A stretch of 64,000 bases of DNA from Tubulanus polymorphus (lineage: Eukaryota; Animalia; Nemertea). The notes beneath the pieces are model-generated. The model searched no databases, was not told where the DNA came from, and worked only from the letters and a program-made list of their open reading frames with translations. The number at the start of each line of letters is the position of its first letter. Positions within the stretch are counted from its first letter, which is position 1. Positions 51,501-64,000 of the stretch are shown in pieces. Where the stretch lies: the NCBI RefSeq assembly GCF_964204645.1, contig NW_027437433.1, forward strand, positions 1 to 64,000. Reading direction: 5' to 3'. A program made the position numbers and the translations under genes.

Positions 51501-54500
51501 TGAGTAAAGGCGTATTGAACTGATTTAAAATAGATAGGTGGAAAGAATCAGAATTTTCTGGCTGCATTTGGTTCTGAAGATGATAGACTCGATCCGAAAT
51601 GATAGGTTAAGGTAAACTGAACTTATTTCGAGTAGATGGGTTGAAAGATACAGATTTTTCTAGCTAAATATGGTTCTAAAGATGATGAATTCTATCTTAA
51701 TTGATGGGTTTGGGTGTATTGAACTGATATCAAATAGATAGGTGGAAAGAATAAGAATTTTCTGGCTGCTTTTGGTTCTGAAGATGATGGATTCAATCTG
51801 AAAAGTTGAGTAAAGGCGTATTGAACTGATTTCAAATAGATAGGTGGAAAGAAACAGAATTTTCTGGCTGCTTTTGGTTCTAAAGATGATGGATTCAATC
51901 TGAAAAGATGGGTTAAGGCTTATTGAACTGATTTCAAATAGATAGGTGGAAAGAATCAGAATTTTCTGGCTGCATTTGGTTCTGAAGATGATAGACTCGA
52001 TCCGAAATGATAGGTTAAGGTAAACTGAACTTATTTCGAGTAGATGGGTTGAAAGATACAGATTTTTCTAGCTAAATATGGTTCTAAAGATGATGAATTC
52101 TATCTTAATTGATGGGTTTGGGTGTATTGAACTGATATCAAATAGATAGGTGGAAAGAATAAGAATTTTCTGGCTGCTTTTGGTTCTGAAGATGATGGAT
52201 TCAATCTGAAAAGATGAGTAAAGGCGTATTGAACTGATTTCAAATAGATAGGTGGAAAGAAACAGAATTTTCTGGCTGCTTTTGGTTCTAAAGATGATGG
52301 ATTCAATCTGAAAAGATGGGTTAAGGCTTATTGAACTGATTTAAAATAGATAGGTGGAAAGAAACCGAATTTTCTGGCTGCTTTTGTTTCTAAAGATGAT
52401 GGATCAATGTGAAAAGATGGGTTAAGGCGTATTGAACTGATTTCAAATAGATAGGTGGAAAGAAACAGAATTTTCTGGCTGCTTTTGGTTCTAAAGATGA
52501 TGGATTCAATCTGAAAAGATGGGTTAAGGCTTATTGAACTGATTTCAAATAGATAGGTTGAAAGAATCAGAATTTTCTGGCTGCTTTTGGTTCTGAAGAT
52601 GATAGACTCGATCTGAAATGATGAGTAAAGGCGTATTGAACTGATTTCAAATAGATAGGTGGAAAGAAACAGAATTTTCTGGCTGCTTTTGGTTCTAAAG
52701 ATGATGGATTCAATCTGAAAAGATGGGTTAAGGCTTATTGAACTGATTTCAAATATATAGGTGGAAAGAAACAGAATTTTCTGGCTGCTTTTGGTTCTAA
52801 AGATGATGGATTCAATCTGAAAAGATGGGTTAAGGCTTATTGAACTGATTTAAAATAGATAGGTGGAAAGAATCAGAATTTTCTGGCTGCTTTTGGTTCT
52901 GAAGATGATGGATTCAATCTGAAAAGATGGGTTAAGGCGTATTGAACTGATTTCAAATAGATAGGTGGAAAGAAACCGAATTTTCTGGCTGCTTTTGTTT
53001 CTAAAGTTGATGGATCAATGTGAAAAGATGGGTTAAGGCGTATTGAACTGATTTCAAATAGATAGGTGGAAAGAAACAGAATTTTCTGGCTGCTTTTGGT
53101 TCTAAAGATGATGGATTCAATCTGAAAAGATGGGTTAAGGCTTATTGAACTGATTTCAAATAGAAAGGTGGAAAGAATCAGAATTTTCTGGCTGCATTTG
53201 GTCCTGAAGATGATAGACTCGATCCGAAATGATAGGTTAAGGTAAACTGAACTTATTTCGAGTAGATGGGTTGAAAGATACAGATTTTTCTAGCTAAATA
53301 TGGTTCTAAAGATGATGAATTATAACTCAATTGATGGGTTTGGGTGTATTGAACTGATATCAAATAGATAGGTGGAAAGAATAAGAATTTTCTGGCTGCT
53401 TTTGGTTCTGAAGATGATGGATTCAATCTGAAAAGATGAGTAAAGGCGTATTGAACTGATTTCAAATAGATAGGTGGAAAGAAACAGAATTTTCTGGCTG
53501 CTTTTGGTTCTAAAGATGATGGATTCAATCTGAAAAGATGGGTTAAGGCTTATTGAACTGATTTCAAATAGATAGGTGGAAAGAATCAGAATTTTCTGGC
53601 TGCATTTGGTTCTGAAGATGATAGACTCGATCCGAAATGATAGGTTAAGGTAAACTGAACTTATTTCGAGTAGATGGGTTGAAAGATACAGATTTTTCTA
53701 GCTAAATATGGTTCTAAAGATGATGAATTCTATCTTAATTGATGGGTTTGGGTGTATTGAACTGATATCAAATAGATAGGTGGAAAGAATAAGAATTTTC
53801 TGGCTGCTTTTGGTTCTGAAGATGATGGATTCAATCTGAAAAGATGAGTAAAGGCGTATTGAACTGATTTCAAATAGATAGGTGGAAAGAAACAGAATTT
53901 TCTGGCTGCTTTTGGTTCTAAAGATGATGGATTCAATCTGAAAAGATGGGTTAAGGCTTATTGAACTGATTTCAAATATATAGGTGGAAAGAAACAGAAT
54001 TTTCTGGCTGCTTTTGGTTCTAAAGATGATGGATTCAATCTGAAAAGATGGGTTAAGGCTTATTTAACTGATTTAAAATAGATAGGTGGAAAGAATCAGA
54101 ATTTTCTGGCTGCTTTTGGTTCTGAAGATGATGGATTCAATCTGAAAAGATGGGTTAAGGCGTATTGAACTGATTTCAAATAGATAGGTGGAAAGAAACC
54201 GAATTTTCTGGCTGCTTTTGTTTCTAAAGATGATGGATCAATGTGAAAAGATGGGTTAAGGCGTATTGAACTGATTTCAAATAGATAGGTGGAAAGAAAC
54301 AGAATTTTCTGGCTGCTTTTGGTTCTAAAGATGATGGATTCAATCTGAAAAGATGGGTTAAGGCTTATTGAACTGATTTCAAATAGAAAGGTGGAAAGAA
54401 TCAGAATTTTCTGGCTGCATTTGGTCCTGAAGATGATAGACTCGATCCGAAATGATAGGTTAAGGTAAACTGAACTTATTTCGAGTAGATGGGTTGAAAG

Positions 54501-57500
54501 ATACAGATTTTTCTAGCTAAATATGGTTCTTAAGATGATGAATTATAACTCAATTGATGGGTTTGGGTGTATTGAACTGATATCAAATAGATAGGTGGAA
54601 AGAATAAGAATTTTCTGGCTGCTTTTGGTTCTGAAGATGATGGATTCAATCTGAAAAGATGAGTAAAGGCGTATTGAACTGATTTCAAATAGATAGGTGG
54701 AAAGAAACAGAATTTTCTGGCTGCTTTTGGTTCTAAAGATGATGGATTCAATCTGAAAAGATGGGTTAAGGCTTATTGAACTGATTTCAAATAGATAGGT
54801 GGAAAGAATCAGAATTTTCTGGCTGCATTTGGTTCTGAAGATGATAGACTCGATCCGAAATGATAGGTTAAGGTAAACTGAACTTATTTCGAGTAGATGG
54901 GTTGTAAGATACAGATTTTTCTAGCTAAATATGGTTCTAAAGATGATGAATTCTATCTTAATTGATGGGTTTGGGTGTATTGAACTGATATCAAATAGAT
55001 AGGTGGAAAGAATAAGAATTTTCTGGCTGCTTTTGGTTCTGAAGATGATGGATTCAATCTGAAAAGATGAGTAAAGGCGTATTGAACTGATTTCAAATAG
55101 ATAGGTGGAAAGAAACAGAATTTTCTGGCTGCTTTTGGTTCTAAAGATGATGGATTCAATCTGAAAAGATGGGTTAAGGCTTATTGAACTGATTTCGAAT
55201 AGATAGGTGGAAAGAATCAGAATTTTCTGGCTGCATTTGGTTCTGAAGATGATAGACTCGATCCGAAATGATAGGTTAAGGTAAACTGAACTTATTTCGA
55301 GTAGATGGGTTGAAAGATACAGATTTTTCTAGCTAAATATGGTTCTAAAGATGATGAATTCTATCTTAATTGATGGGTTTGGGTGTATTGAACTGATATC
55401 AAATAGATAGGTGGAAAGAATAAGAATTTTCTGGCTGCTTTTGGTTCTGAAGATGATGGATTCAATCTGAAAAGATGAGTAAAGGCGTATTGAACTGATT
55501 TCAAATAGATAGGTGGAAAGAAACAGAATTTTCTGGCTGCTTTTGGTTCTAAAGATGATGGATTCAATCTGAAAAGATGGGTTAAGGCTTATTGAACTGA
55601 TTTCAAATAGATAGGTGGAAAGAAACAGAATTTTCTGGCTGCTTTTGGTTCTAAAGATGATGGATTCAATCTGAAAAGATGAGTAAAGGCGTATTGAACT
55701 GATTTCAAATAGATAGGTGGAAAGAAACAGAATTTTCTGGCTGCTTTTGGTTCAAAAGATGATGGATTCAATCTGAAAAGATGAGTAAAGGCGTATTGAA
55801 CTGATTTCAAATAGATAGGTGGAAAGAAACAGAATTTTCTGGCTGCTTTTGGTTATAAAGATGATGGATTCAATCTGAAAAGATGAGTAAAGGCGTATCG
55901 AACTGATTTCAAATAGATAGGTGGAAAGAAACAGAATTTTCTGGCTGCTTTTGGTTCTAAAGATGATGGATTCAATCTGAAAAGATGGGTTAAGGCTTAT
56001 TGAACTGATTTAAAATAGATAGGTGGAAAGAATCAGAATTTTCTGGCTGCTTTTGGTTCTAAAGATGATGGATTCAATCTGAAAAGATGAGTAAAGGCGT
56101 ATTGAACTGATTTCAAATAGATAGGTGGAAAGAAACAGAATTTTCTGGCTGCTTTTGGTTCTAAAGATGATGGATTCAATCTTAATTGATGGGTTTGGGT
56201 GTATTGAACTGATATCAAATAGATAGGTGGAAAGAATAAGAATTTTCTGGCTGCATTTGGTTCTGAAGATGATAGACTCGATCCGAAATGATAGGTTAAG
56301 GTAAACTGAACTTATTTCGAGTAGATGGGTTGAAAGATACAGATTTTTCTAGCTAAATATGGTTCTAAAGATGATGAATTCTATCTTAATTGATGGGTTT
56401 GGGTGTATTGAACTGATATCAAATAGATAGGTGGAAAGAATAAGAATTTTCTGGCTGCTTTTGGTTCTGAAGATGATGGATTCAATCTGAAAAGATGAGT
56501 AAAGGCGTATTGAACTGATTTCAAATAGATAGGTGGAAAGAAACAGAATTTTCTGGCTGCTTTTGGTTCAAAAGATGATTGATTCAATCTGAAAAGATGA
56601 GTAAAGGCGTATTGAACTGATTTCAAATAGATAGGTGGAAAGAAACAGAATTTTCTGGCTGCTTTTGGTTATAAAGATGATGGATTCAATCTGAAAAGAT
56701 GAGTAAAGGCGTATTGAACTGATTTAAAATATATAGGTGGAAAGAATCAGAATTTTCTGGCTGCATTTGGTTCTGAAGATGATAGACTCGATCCGAAATG
56801 ATAGGTTAAGGTAAACTGAACTTATTTCGAGTAGATGGGTTGAAAGATACAGATTTTTCTAGCTAAATATGGTTCTAAAGATGATGAATTCTATCTTAAT
56901 TGATGGGTTTGGGTGTATTGAACTGATATCAAATAGATAGGTGGAAAGAATAAGAATTTTCTGGCTGCTTTTGGTTCTGAAGATGATGGATTCAATCTGA
57001 AAAGATGAGTAAAGGCGTATTGAACTGATTTCAAATAGATAGGTGGAAAGAAACAGAATTTTCTGGCTGCTTTTGGTTCTAAAGATGATGGATTCAATCT
57101 GAAAAGATGGGTTAAGGCTTATTGAACTGATTTCAAATAGATAGGTGGAAAGAAACAGAATTTTCTGGCTGCTTTTGGTTCTAAAGATGATGGATTCAAT
57201 CTGAAAAGATGGGTTAAGGCTTATTGAACTGATTTCAAATAGATAGGTGGAAAGAATCAGAATTTTCTGGCTGCATTTGGTTCTGAAGATGATAGACTCG
57301 ATCCGAAATGATAGGTTAAGGTAAACTGAACTTATTTCGAGTAGATGGGTTGAAAGATACAGATTTTTCTAGCTAAATATGGTTCTAAAGATGATGAATT
57401 CTATCTTAATTGATGGGTTTGGGTGTATTGAACTGATATCAAATAGATAGGTGGAAAGAATAAGAATTTTCTGGCTGCTTTTGGTTCTGAAGATGATGGA

Positions 57501-60500
57501 TTCAATCTGAAAAGATGAGTAAAGGCGTATTGAACTGATTTCAAATAGATAGGTGGAAAGAAACCGAATTTTCTGGCTGCTTTTGTTTCTAAAGTTGATG
57601 GATCAATGTGAAAAGATGGGTTAAGGCGTATTGAACTGATTTCAAATAGATAGGTGGAAAGAAACAGAATTTTCTGGCTGCTTTTGGTTCTAAAGATGAT
57701 GGATTCAATCTGAAAAGATGGGTTAAGGCTTATTGAACTGATTTCAAATAGAAAGGTGGAAAGAATCAGTATTTTCTGGCTGCATTTGGTCCTGAAGATG
57801 ATAGACTCGATCCGAAATGATAGGTTAAGGTAAACTGAACTTATTTCGAGTAGATGGGTTGAAAGATACAGATTTTTCTAGCTAAATATGGTTCTAAAGA
57901 TGATGAATTATAACTCAATTGATGGGTTTGGGTGTATTGAACTGATATCAAATAGATAGGTGGAAAGAATAAGAATTTTCTGGCTGCTTTTGGTTCTGAA
58001 GATGATGGATTCAATCTGAAACGATGAGTAAAGGCGTATTGAACTGATTTCAAATAGATAGGTGGAAAGAAACAGAATTTTCTGGCTGCTTTTGGTTCTA
58101 AAGATGATGGATTCAATCTGAAAAGATGGGTTAAGGCTTATTGAACTGATTTCAAATAGATAGGTGGAAAGAATCAGAATTTTCTGGCTGCTTTTGGTTC
58201 TAAAGATGATGGATTCAATCTGAAAAGATGAGTAAAGGCGTATTGAACTGATTTAAAATAGATAGGTGGAAAGAAACAGAATTTTCTGGCTGCTTTTGGT
58301 TCTAAAGATGATGGATTCAATCTGAAAAGATGAGTAAAGGCGTATTGAACTGATTTAAAATAGATAGGTGGAAAGAATCAGAATTTTCTGGCTGCATTTG
58401 GTTCTGAAGATGATAGACTCGATCCGAAATGATAGGTTAAGGTAAACTGAACTTATTTCGAGTAGATGGGTTGAAAGATACATATTTTTCTAGCTAAATA
58501 TGGTTCTAAAGATGATGAATTCTATCTTAATTGATGGGTTTGGGTGTATTGAACTGATATCAAATAGATAGGTGGAAAGAATAAGAATTTTCTGGCTGCT
58601 TTTGGTTCTGAAGATGATGGATTCAATCTGAAAAGATGAGTAAAGGCGTATTGAACTGATTTCAAATAGATAGGTGGAAAGAAACAGAATTTTCTGGCTG
58701 CTTTTGGTTCTAAAGATGATGGATTCAATCTGAAAAGATGGGTTAAGGCTTATTGAACTGATTTCAAATAGATAGGTGGAAAGAAACAGAATTTTCTGGC
58801 TGTTTTTGGTTCTAAAGATGATGGATTCAATCTGAAAAGATGGGTTAAGGCTTATTGAACTGATTTAAAATAGATAGGTGGAAAGAATCAGAATTTTCTG
58901 GCTGCTTTTGGTTCTAAAGATGATGGATTCAATCTGAAAAGATGAGTAAAGGCGTATTGAACTGATTTCAAATAGATAGGTGGAAAGAAACAGAATTTTC
59001 TGGCTGCTTTTGGTTCTAAAGATGATGGATTCAATCTTAATTGATGGGTTTGGGTGTATTGAACTGATATCAAATAGATAGGTGGAAAGAATAAGAATTT
59101 TCTGGCTGCATTTGGTTCTGAAGATGATAGACTCGATCCGAAATGATAGGTTAAGGTAAACTGAACTTATTTCGAGTAGATGGGTTGAAAGATACAGATT
59201 TTTCTAGCTAAATATGGTTCTAAAGATGATGAATTCTATCTTAATTGATGGGTTTGGGTGTATTGAACTGATATCAAATAGATAGGTGGAAAGAATAAGA
59301 ATTTTCTGGCTGCTTTTGGTTCTGAAGATGATGGATTCAATCTGAAAAGATGAGTAAAGGCGTATTGAACTGATTTCAAATAGATAGGTGGAAAGAAACA
59401 GAATTTTCTGGCTGCTTTTGGTTCAAAAGATGATTGATTCAATCTGAAAAGATGAGTAAAGGCGTATTGAACTGATTTCAAATAGATAGGTGGAAAGAAA
59501 CAGAATTTTCTGGCTGCTTTTGGTTATAAAGATGATGGATTCAATCTGAAAAGATGAGTAAAGGCGTATTGAACTGATTTAAAATATATAGGTGGAAAGA
59601 ATCAGAATTTTCTGGCTGCATTTGGTTCTGAAGATGATAGACTCGATCCGAAATGATAGGTTAAGGTAAACTGAACTTATTTCGAGTAGATGGGTTGAAA
59701 GATACAGATTTTTCTAGCTAAATATGGTTCTAAAGATGATGAATTCTATCTTAATTGATGGGTTTGGGTGTATTGAACTGATATCAAATAGATAGGTGGA
59801 AAGAATAAGAATTTTCTGGCTGCTTTTGGTTCTGAAGATGATGGATTCAATCTGAAAAGATGAGTAAAGGCGTATTGAACTGATTTCAAATAGATAGGTG
59901 GAAAGAAACAGAATTTTCTGGCTGCTTTTGGTTCTAAAGATGATGGATTCAATCTGAAAAGATGGGTTAAGGCTTATTGAACTGATTTCAAATAGATAGG
60001 TGGAAAGAAACAGAATTTTCTGGCTGCTTTTGGTTCTAAAGATGATGGATTCAATCTGAAAAGATGGGTTAAGGCTTATTGAACTGATTTCAAATAGATA
60101 GGTGGAAAGAATCAGAATTTTCTGGCTGCATTTGGTTCTGAAGATGATAGACTCGATCCGAAATGATAGGTTAAGGTAAACTGAACTTATTTCGAGTAGA
60201 TGGGTTGAAAGATACAGATTTTTCTAGCTAAATATGGTTCTAAAGATGATGAATTCTATCTTAATTGATGGGTTTGGGTGTATTGAACTGATATCAAATA
60301 GATAGGTGGAAAGAATAAGAATTTTCTGGCTGCTTTTGGTTCTGAAGATGATGGATTCAATCTGAAAAGATGAGTAAAGGCGTATTGAACTGATTTCAAA
60401 TAGATAGGTGGAAAGAAACCGAATTTTCTGGCTGCTTTTGTTTCTAAAGTTGATGGATCAATGTGAAAAGATGGGTTAAGGCGTATTGAACTGATTTCAA

Positions 60501-63500
60501 ATAGATAGGTGGAAAGAAACAGAATTTTCTGGCTGCTTTTGGTTCTAAAGATGATGGATTCAATCTGAAAAGATGGGTTAAGGCTTATTGAACTGATTTC
60601 AAATAGAAAGGTGGAAAGAATCAGTATTTTCTGGCTGCATTTGGTCCTGAAGATGATAGACTCGATCCGAAATGATAGGTTAAGGTAAACTGAACTTATT
60701 TCGAGTAGATGGGTTGAAAGATACAGATTTTTCTAGCTAAATATGGTTCTAAAGATGATGAATTATAACTCAATTGATGGGTTTGGGTGTATTGAACTGA
60801 TATCAAATAGATAGGTGGAAAGAATAAGAATTTTCTGGCTGCTTTTGGTTCTGAAGATGATGGATTCAATCTGAAACGATGAGTAAAGGCGTATTGAACT
60901 GATTTCAAATAGATAGGTGGAAAGAAACAGAATTTTCTGGCTGCTTTTGGTTCTAAAGATGATGGATTCAATCTGAAAAGATGGGTTAAGGCTTATTGAA
61001 CTGATTTCAAATAGATAGGTGGAAAGAATCAGAATTTTCTGGCTGCTTTTGGTTCTAAAGATGATGGATTCAATCTGAAAAGATGAGTAAAGGCGTATTG
61101 AACTGATTTAAAATAGATAGGTGGAAAGAAACAGAATTTTCTGGCTGCTTTTGGTTCTAAAGATGATGGATTCAATCTGAAAAGATGAGTAAAGGCGTAT
61201 TGAACTGATTTAAAATAGATAGGTGGAAAGAATCAGAATTTTCTGGCTGCATTTGGTTCTGAAGATGATAGACTCGATCCGAAATGATAGGTTAAGGTAA
61301 ACTGAACTTATTTCGAGTAGATGGGTTGAAAGATACATATTTTTCTAGCTAAATATGGTTCTAAAGATGATGAATTCTATCTTAATTGATGGGTTTGGGT
61401 GTATTGAACTGATATCAAATAGATAGGTGGAAAGAATAAGAATTTTCTGGCTGCTTTTGGTTCTGAAGATGATGGATTCAATCTGAAAAGATGAGTAAAG
61501 GCGTATTGAACTGATTTCAAATAGATAGGTGGAAAGAAACAGAATTTTCTGGCTGCTTTTGGTTCTAAAGATGATGGATTCAATCTGAAAAGATGGGTTA
61601 AGGCTTATTGAACTGATTTCAAATAGATAGGTGGAAAGAAACAGAATTTTCTGGCTGTTTTTGGTTCTAAAGATGATGGATTCAATCTGAAAAGATGGGT
61701 TAAGGCTTATTGAACTGATTTCAAATAGATAGGTGGAAAGAATCAGAATTTTCTGGCTGCATTTGGTTCTGAAGATGATAGACTCGATCCGAAATGATAG
61801 GTTAAGGTAAACTGAACTTATTTCGAGTAGATGGGTTGAAAGATACAGATTTTTCTAGCTAAATATGGTTCTAAAGATGATGAATTATAACTCAATTGAT
61901 GGGTTTGGGTGTATTGAACTGATATCAAATAGATAGGTGGAAAGAATAAGAATTTTCTGGCTGCTTTTGGTTCTGAAGATGATGGATTCAATCTGAAAAG
62001 ATGAGTAAAGGCGTATTGAACTGATTTCAAATAGATAGGTGGAAAGAAACAGAATTTTCTGGCTGCTTTTGGTTCTAAAGATGATGGATTCAATCTGAAA
62101 AGATGGGTTAAGGCTTATTGAACTGATTTCAAATAGATAGGTGGAAAGAATCAGAATTTTCTGGCTGCATTTGGTTCTGAAGATGATAGACTCGATCCGA
62201 AATGATAGGTTAAGGTAAACTGAACTTATTTCGAGTAGATGGGTTGAAAGATACAGATTTTTCTAGCTAAATATGGTTCTAAAGATGATGAATTCTATCT
62301 TAATTGATGGGTTTGGGTGTATTGAACTGATATCAAATAGATAGGTGGAAAGAATAAGAATTTTCTGGCTGCTTTTGGTTCTGAAGATGATGGATTCAAT
62401 CTGAAAAGATGAGTAAAGGCGTATTGAACTGATTTCAAATAGATAGGTGGAAAGAAACAGAATTTTCTGGCTGCTTTTAGTTCTAAAGATGATGGATTCA
62501 ATCTGAAAAGATGGGTTAAGGCTTATTGAACTGATTTCAAATAGATAGGTGGAAAGAATCAGAATTTTCTGGCTGCATTTGGTTCTGAAGATGATAGACT
62601 CGATCCGAAATGATAGGTTAAGGTAAACTGAACTTATTTCGAGTAGATGGGTTGAAAGATACAGATTTTTCTAGCTAAATATGGTTCTAAAGATGATGAA
62701 TTATAACTTAATTGATGGGTTTGGGTGTATTGAACTGATATCAAATAGATAGGTGGAAAGAATAAGAATTTTCTGGCTGCTTTTGGTTCTGAAGATGATG
62801 GATTCAATCTGAAAAGATGAGTAAAGGCGTATTGAACTGATTTCAAATAGATAGGTGGAAAGAATCAGAATTTTCTGGCTGCATTTGGTTCTGAAGATGA
62901 TAGACTCGATCCGAAATGATAGGTTAAGGTAAACTGAACTTATTTCGAGTAGATGGGGTGAAAGATACAGATTTTTCTAGCTAAATATGGTTCTAAAGAT
63001 GATGAATTCTATCTTAATTGATGGGTTTGGGTGTATTGAACTGATATCAAATAGATAGGTGGAAAGAATAAGAATTTTCTGGCTGCTTTTGGTTCTGAAG
63101 ATGATGGATTCAATCTGAAAAGATGAGTAAAGGCGTATTGAACTGATTTCAAATAGATAGGTGGAAAGAAACAGAATTTTCTGGCTGCTTTTGGTTCTAA
63201 AGATGATGGATTCAATCTGAAAAGATGGGTTAAGGCTTATTGAACTGATTTCAAATAGATAGGTGGAAAGAAACAGAATTTTCTGGCTGCTTTTGGTTCT
63301 AAAGATGATGGATTCAATCTGAAAAGATGGGTTAAGGCTTATTGAACTGATTTAAAATAGATAGGTGGAAAGAATCAGAATTTTCTGGCTGCTTTTGGTT
63401 CTGAAGATGATGGATTCAATCTGAAAAGATGGGTTAAGGCGTATTGAACTGATTTCAAATAGATAGGTGGAAAGAAACCGAATTTTCTTGCTGCTTTTGT

Positions 63501-64000
63501 TTCTAAAGATGATGGATCAATGTGAAAAGATGGGTTAAGGCGTATTGAACTGATTTCAAATAGATAGGTGGAAAGAAACAGAATTTTCTGGCTGCTTTTG
63601 GTTCTAAAGATGATGGATTCAATCTGAAAAGATGGGTTAAGGCTTATTGAACTGATTTCAAATAGAAAGGTGGAAAGAATCAGAATTTTCTGGCTGCATT
63701 TGGTCCTGAAGATGATAGACTCGATCCGAAATGATAGGTTAAGGTAAACTGAACTTATTTCGAGTAGATGGGTTGAAAGATACAGATTTTTCTAGCTAAA
63801 TATGGTTCTAAAGATGATGAATTCTATCTTAATTGATGGGTTTGGGTGTATTGAACTGATATCAAATAGATAGGTGGAAAGAATAAGAATTTTCTGGCTG
63901 CTTTTGGTTCTGAAGATGATGGATTCAATCTGAAAAGATGAGTAAAGGCGTATTGAACTGATTTCAAATAGATAGGTGGAAAGAAACAGAATTTTCTGGC
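12589..64000 (+). repeat. 102-bp satellite DNA array (~504 monomers, continues past the window end) with variable higher-order structure; candidate (peri)centromeric satellite
   Basis: Major monomer GAATTTTCTGGCTGCTTTTGGTTCTAAAGATGATGGATTCAATCTGAAAAGATGAGTAAAGGCGTATTGAACTGATTTCAAATAGATAGGTGGAAAGAAACA (102 bp). The array is head-to-tail in one orientation with no foreign insertions seen. Divergent B (GATAGACTCGATCCGAAATG), C (GATACAGATTTTTCTAGCTAAATATGG) and 101-bp D (GGATCAATGTGAAAAG) monomers recur. The centromeric role is inference only. Confidence 0.98.

Noticed and set aside
14383-63215. Dozens of minus-strand ORFs with a 34-aa repeat (LNPSSLEPKAARKFCFFPPIYLKSVQYAFTHLFR), the same length as TALE/TPR repeats
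   Set aside because: They follow from a 102-bp period divisible by 3. Starts are TTG rather than ATG, common variants introduce stops, the 101-bp monomers shift frame, and the peptide has no TALE, TPR or ankyrin consensus.
12589-64000. CRISPR-like repeat/spacer array
   Set aside because: There are no unique spacers (whole monomers are homologous), no cas genes, and the context is eukaryotic.

Overview
This is AT-rich eukaryotic (animal-like, probably invertebrate) genomic DNA at the edge of a large satellite array, with no intact protein-coding gene visible. Bases ~1-12.6 kb are a mosaic of transposon debris: a dead CR1-group LINE 3' end, MITEs, minisatellites and two Penelope-type hammerhead ribozyme motifs. 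Bases 12589-64000 are an uninterrupted head-to-tail array of a 102-bp monomer (~504 copies) that runs off the window. It is organised as a variable-length higher-order repeat (a fixed B-C-A' block plus a variable number of A monomers) with nested 0.8-12 kb duplications. The main structural finding is that the array really begins at ~6714. Its old edge is interrupted by two insertions whose removal restores the satellite in exact register: a 381-bp retroposon-like insert with a 13-bp target duplication (6759-7139), and a 5248-bp non-autonomous DNA transposon with ~270-bp terminal inverted repeats and a GTAG (or TA) target duplication (7341-12588). The many 34-aa-repeat ORFs in the ORF track are by-products of the 102-bp period.
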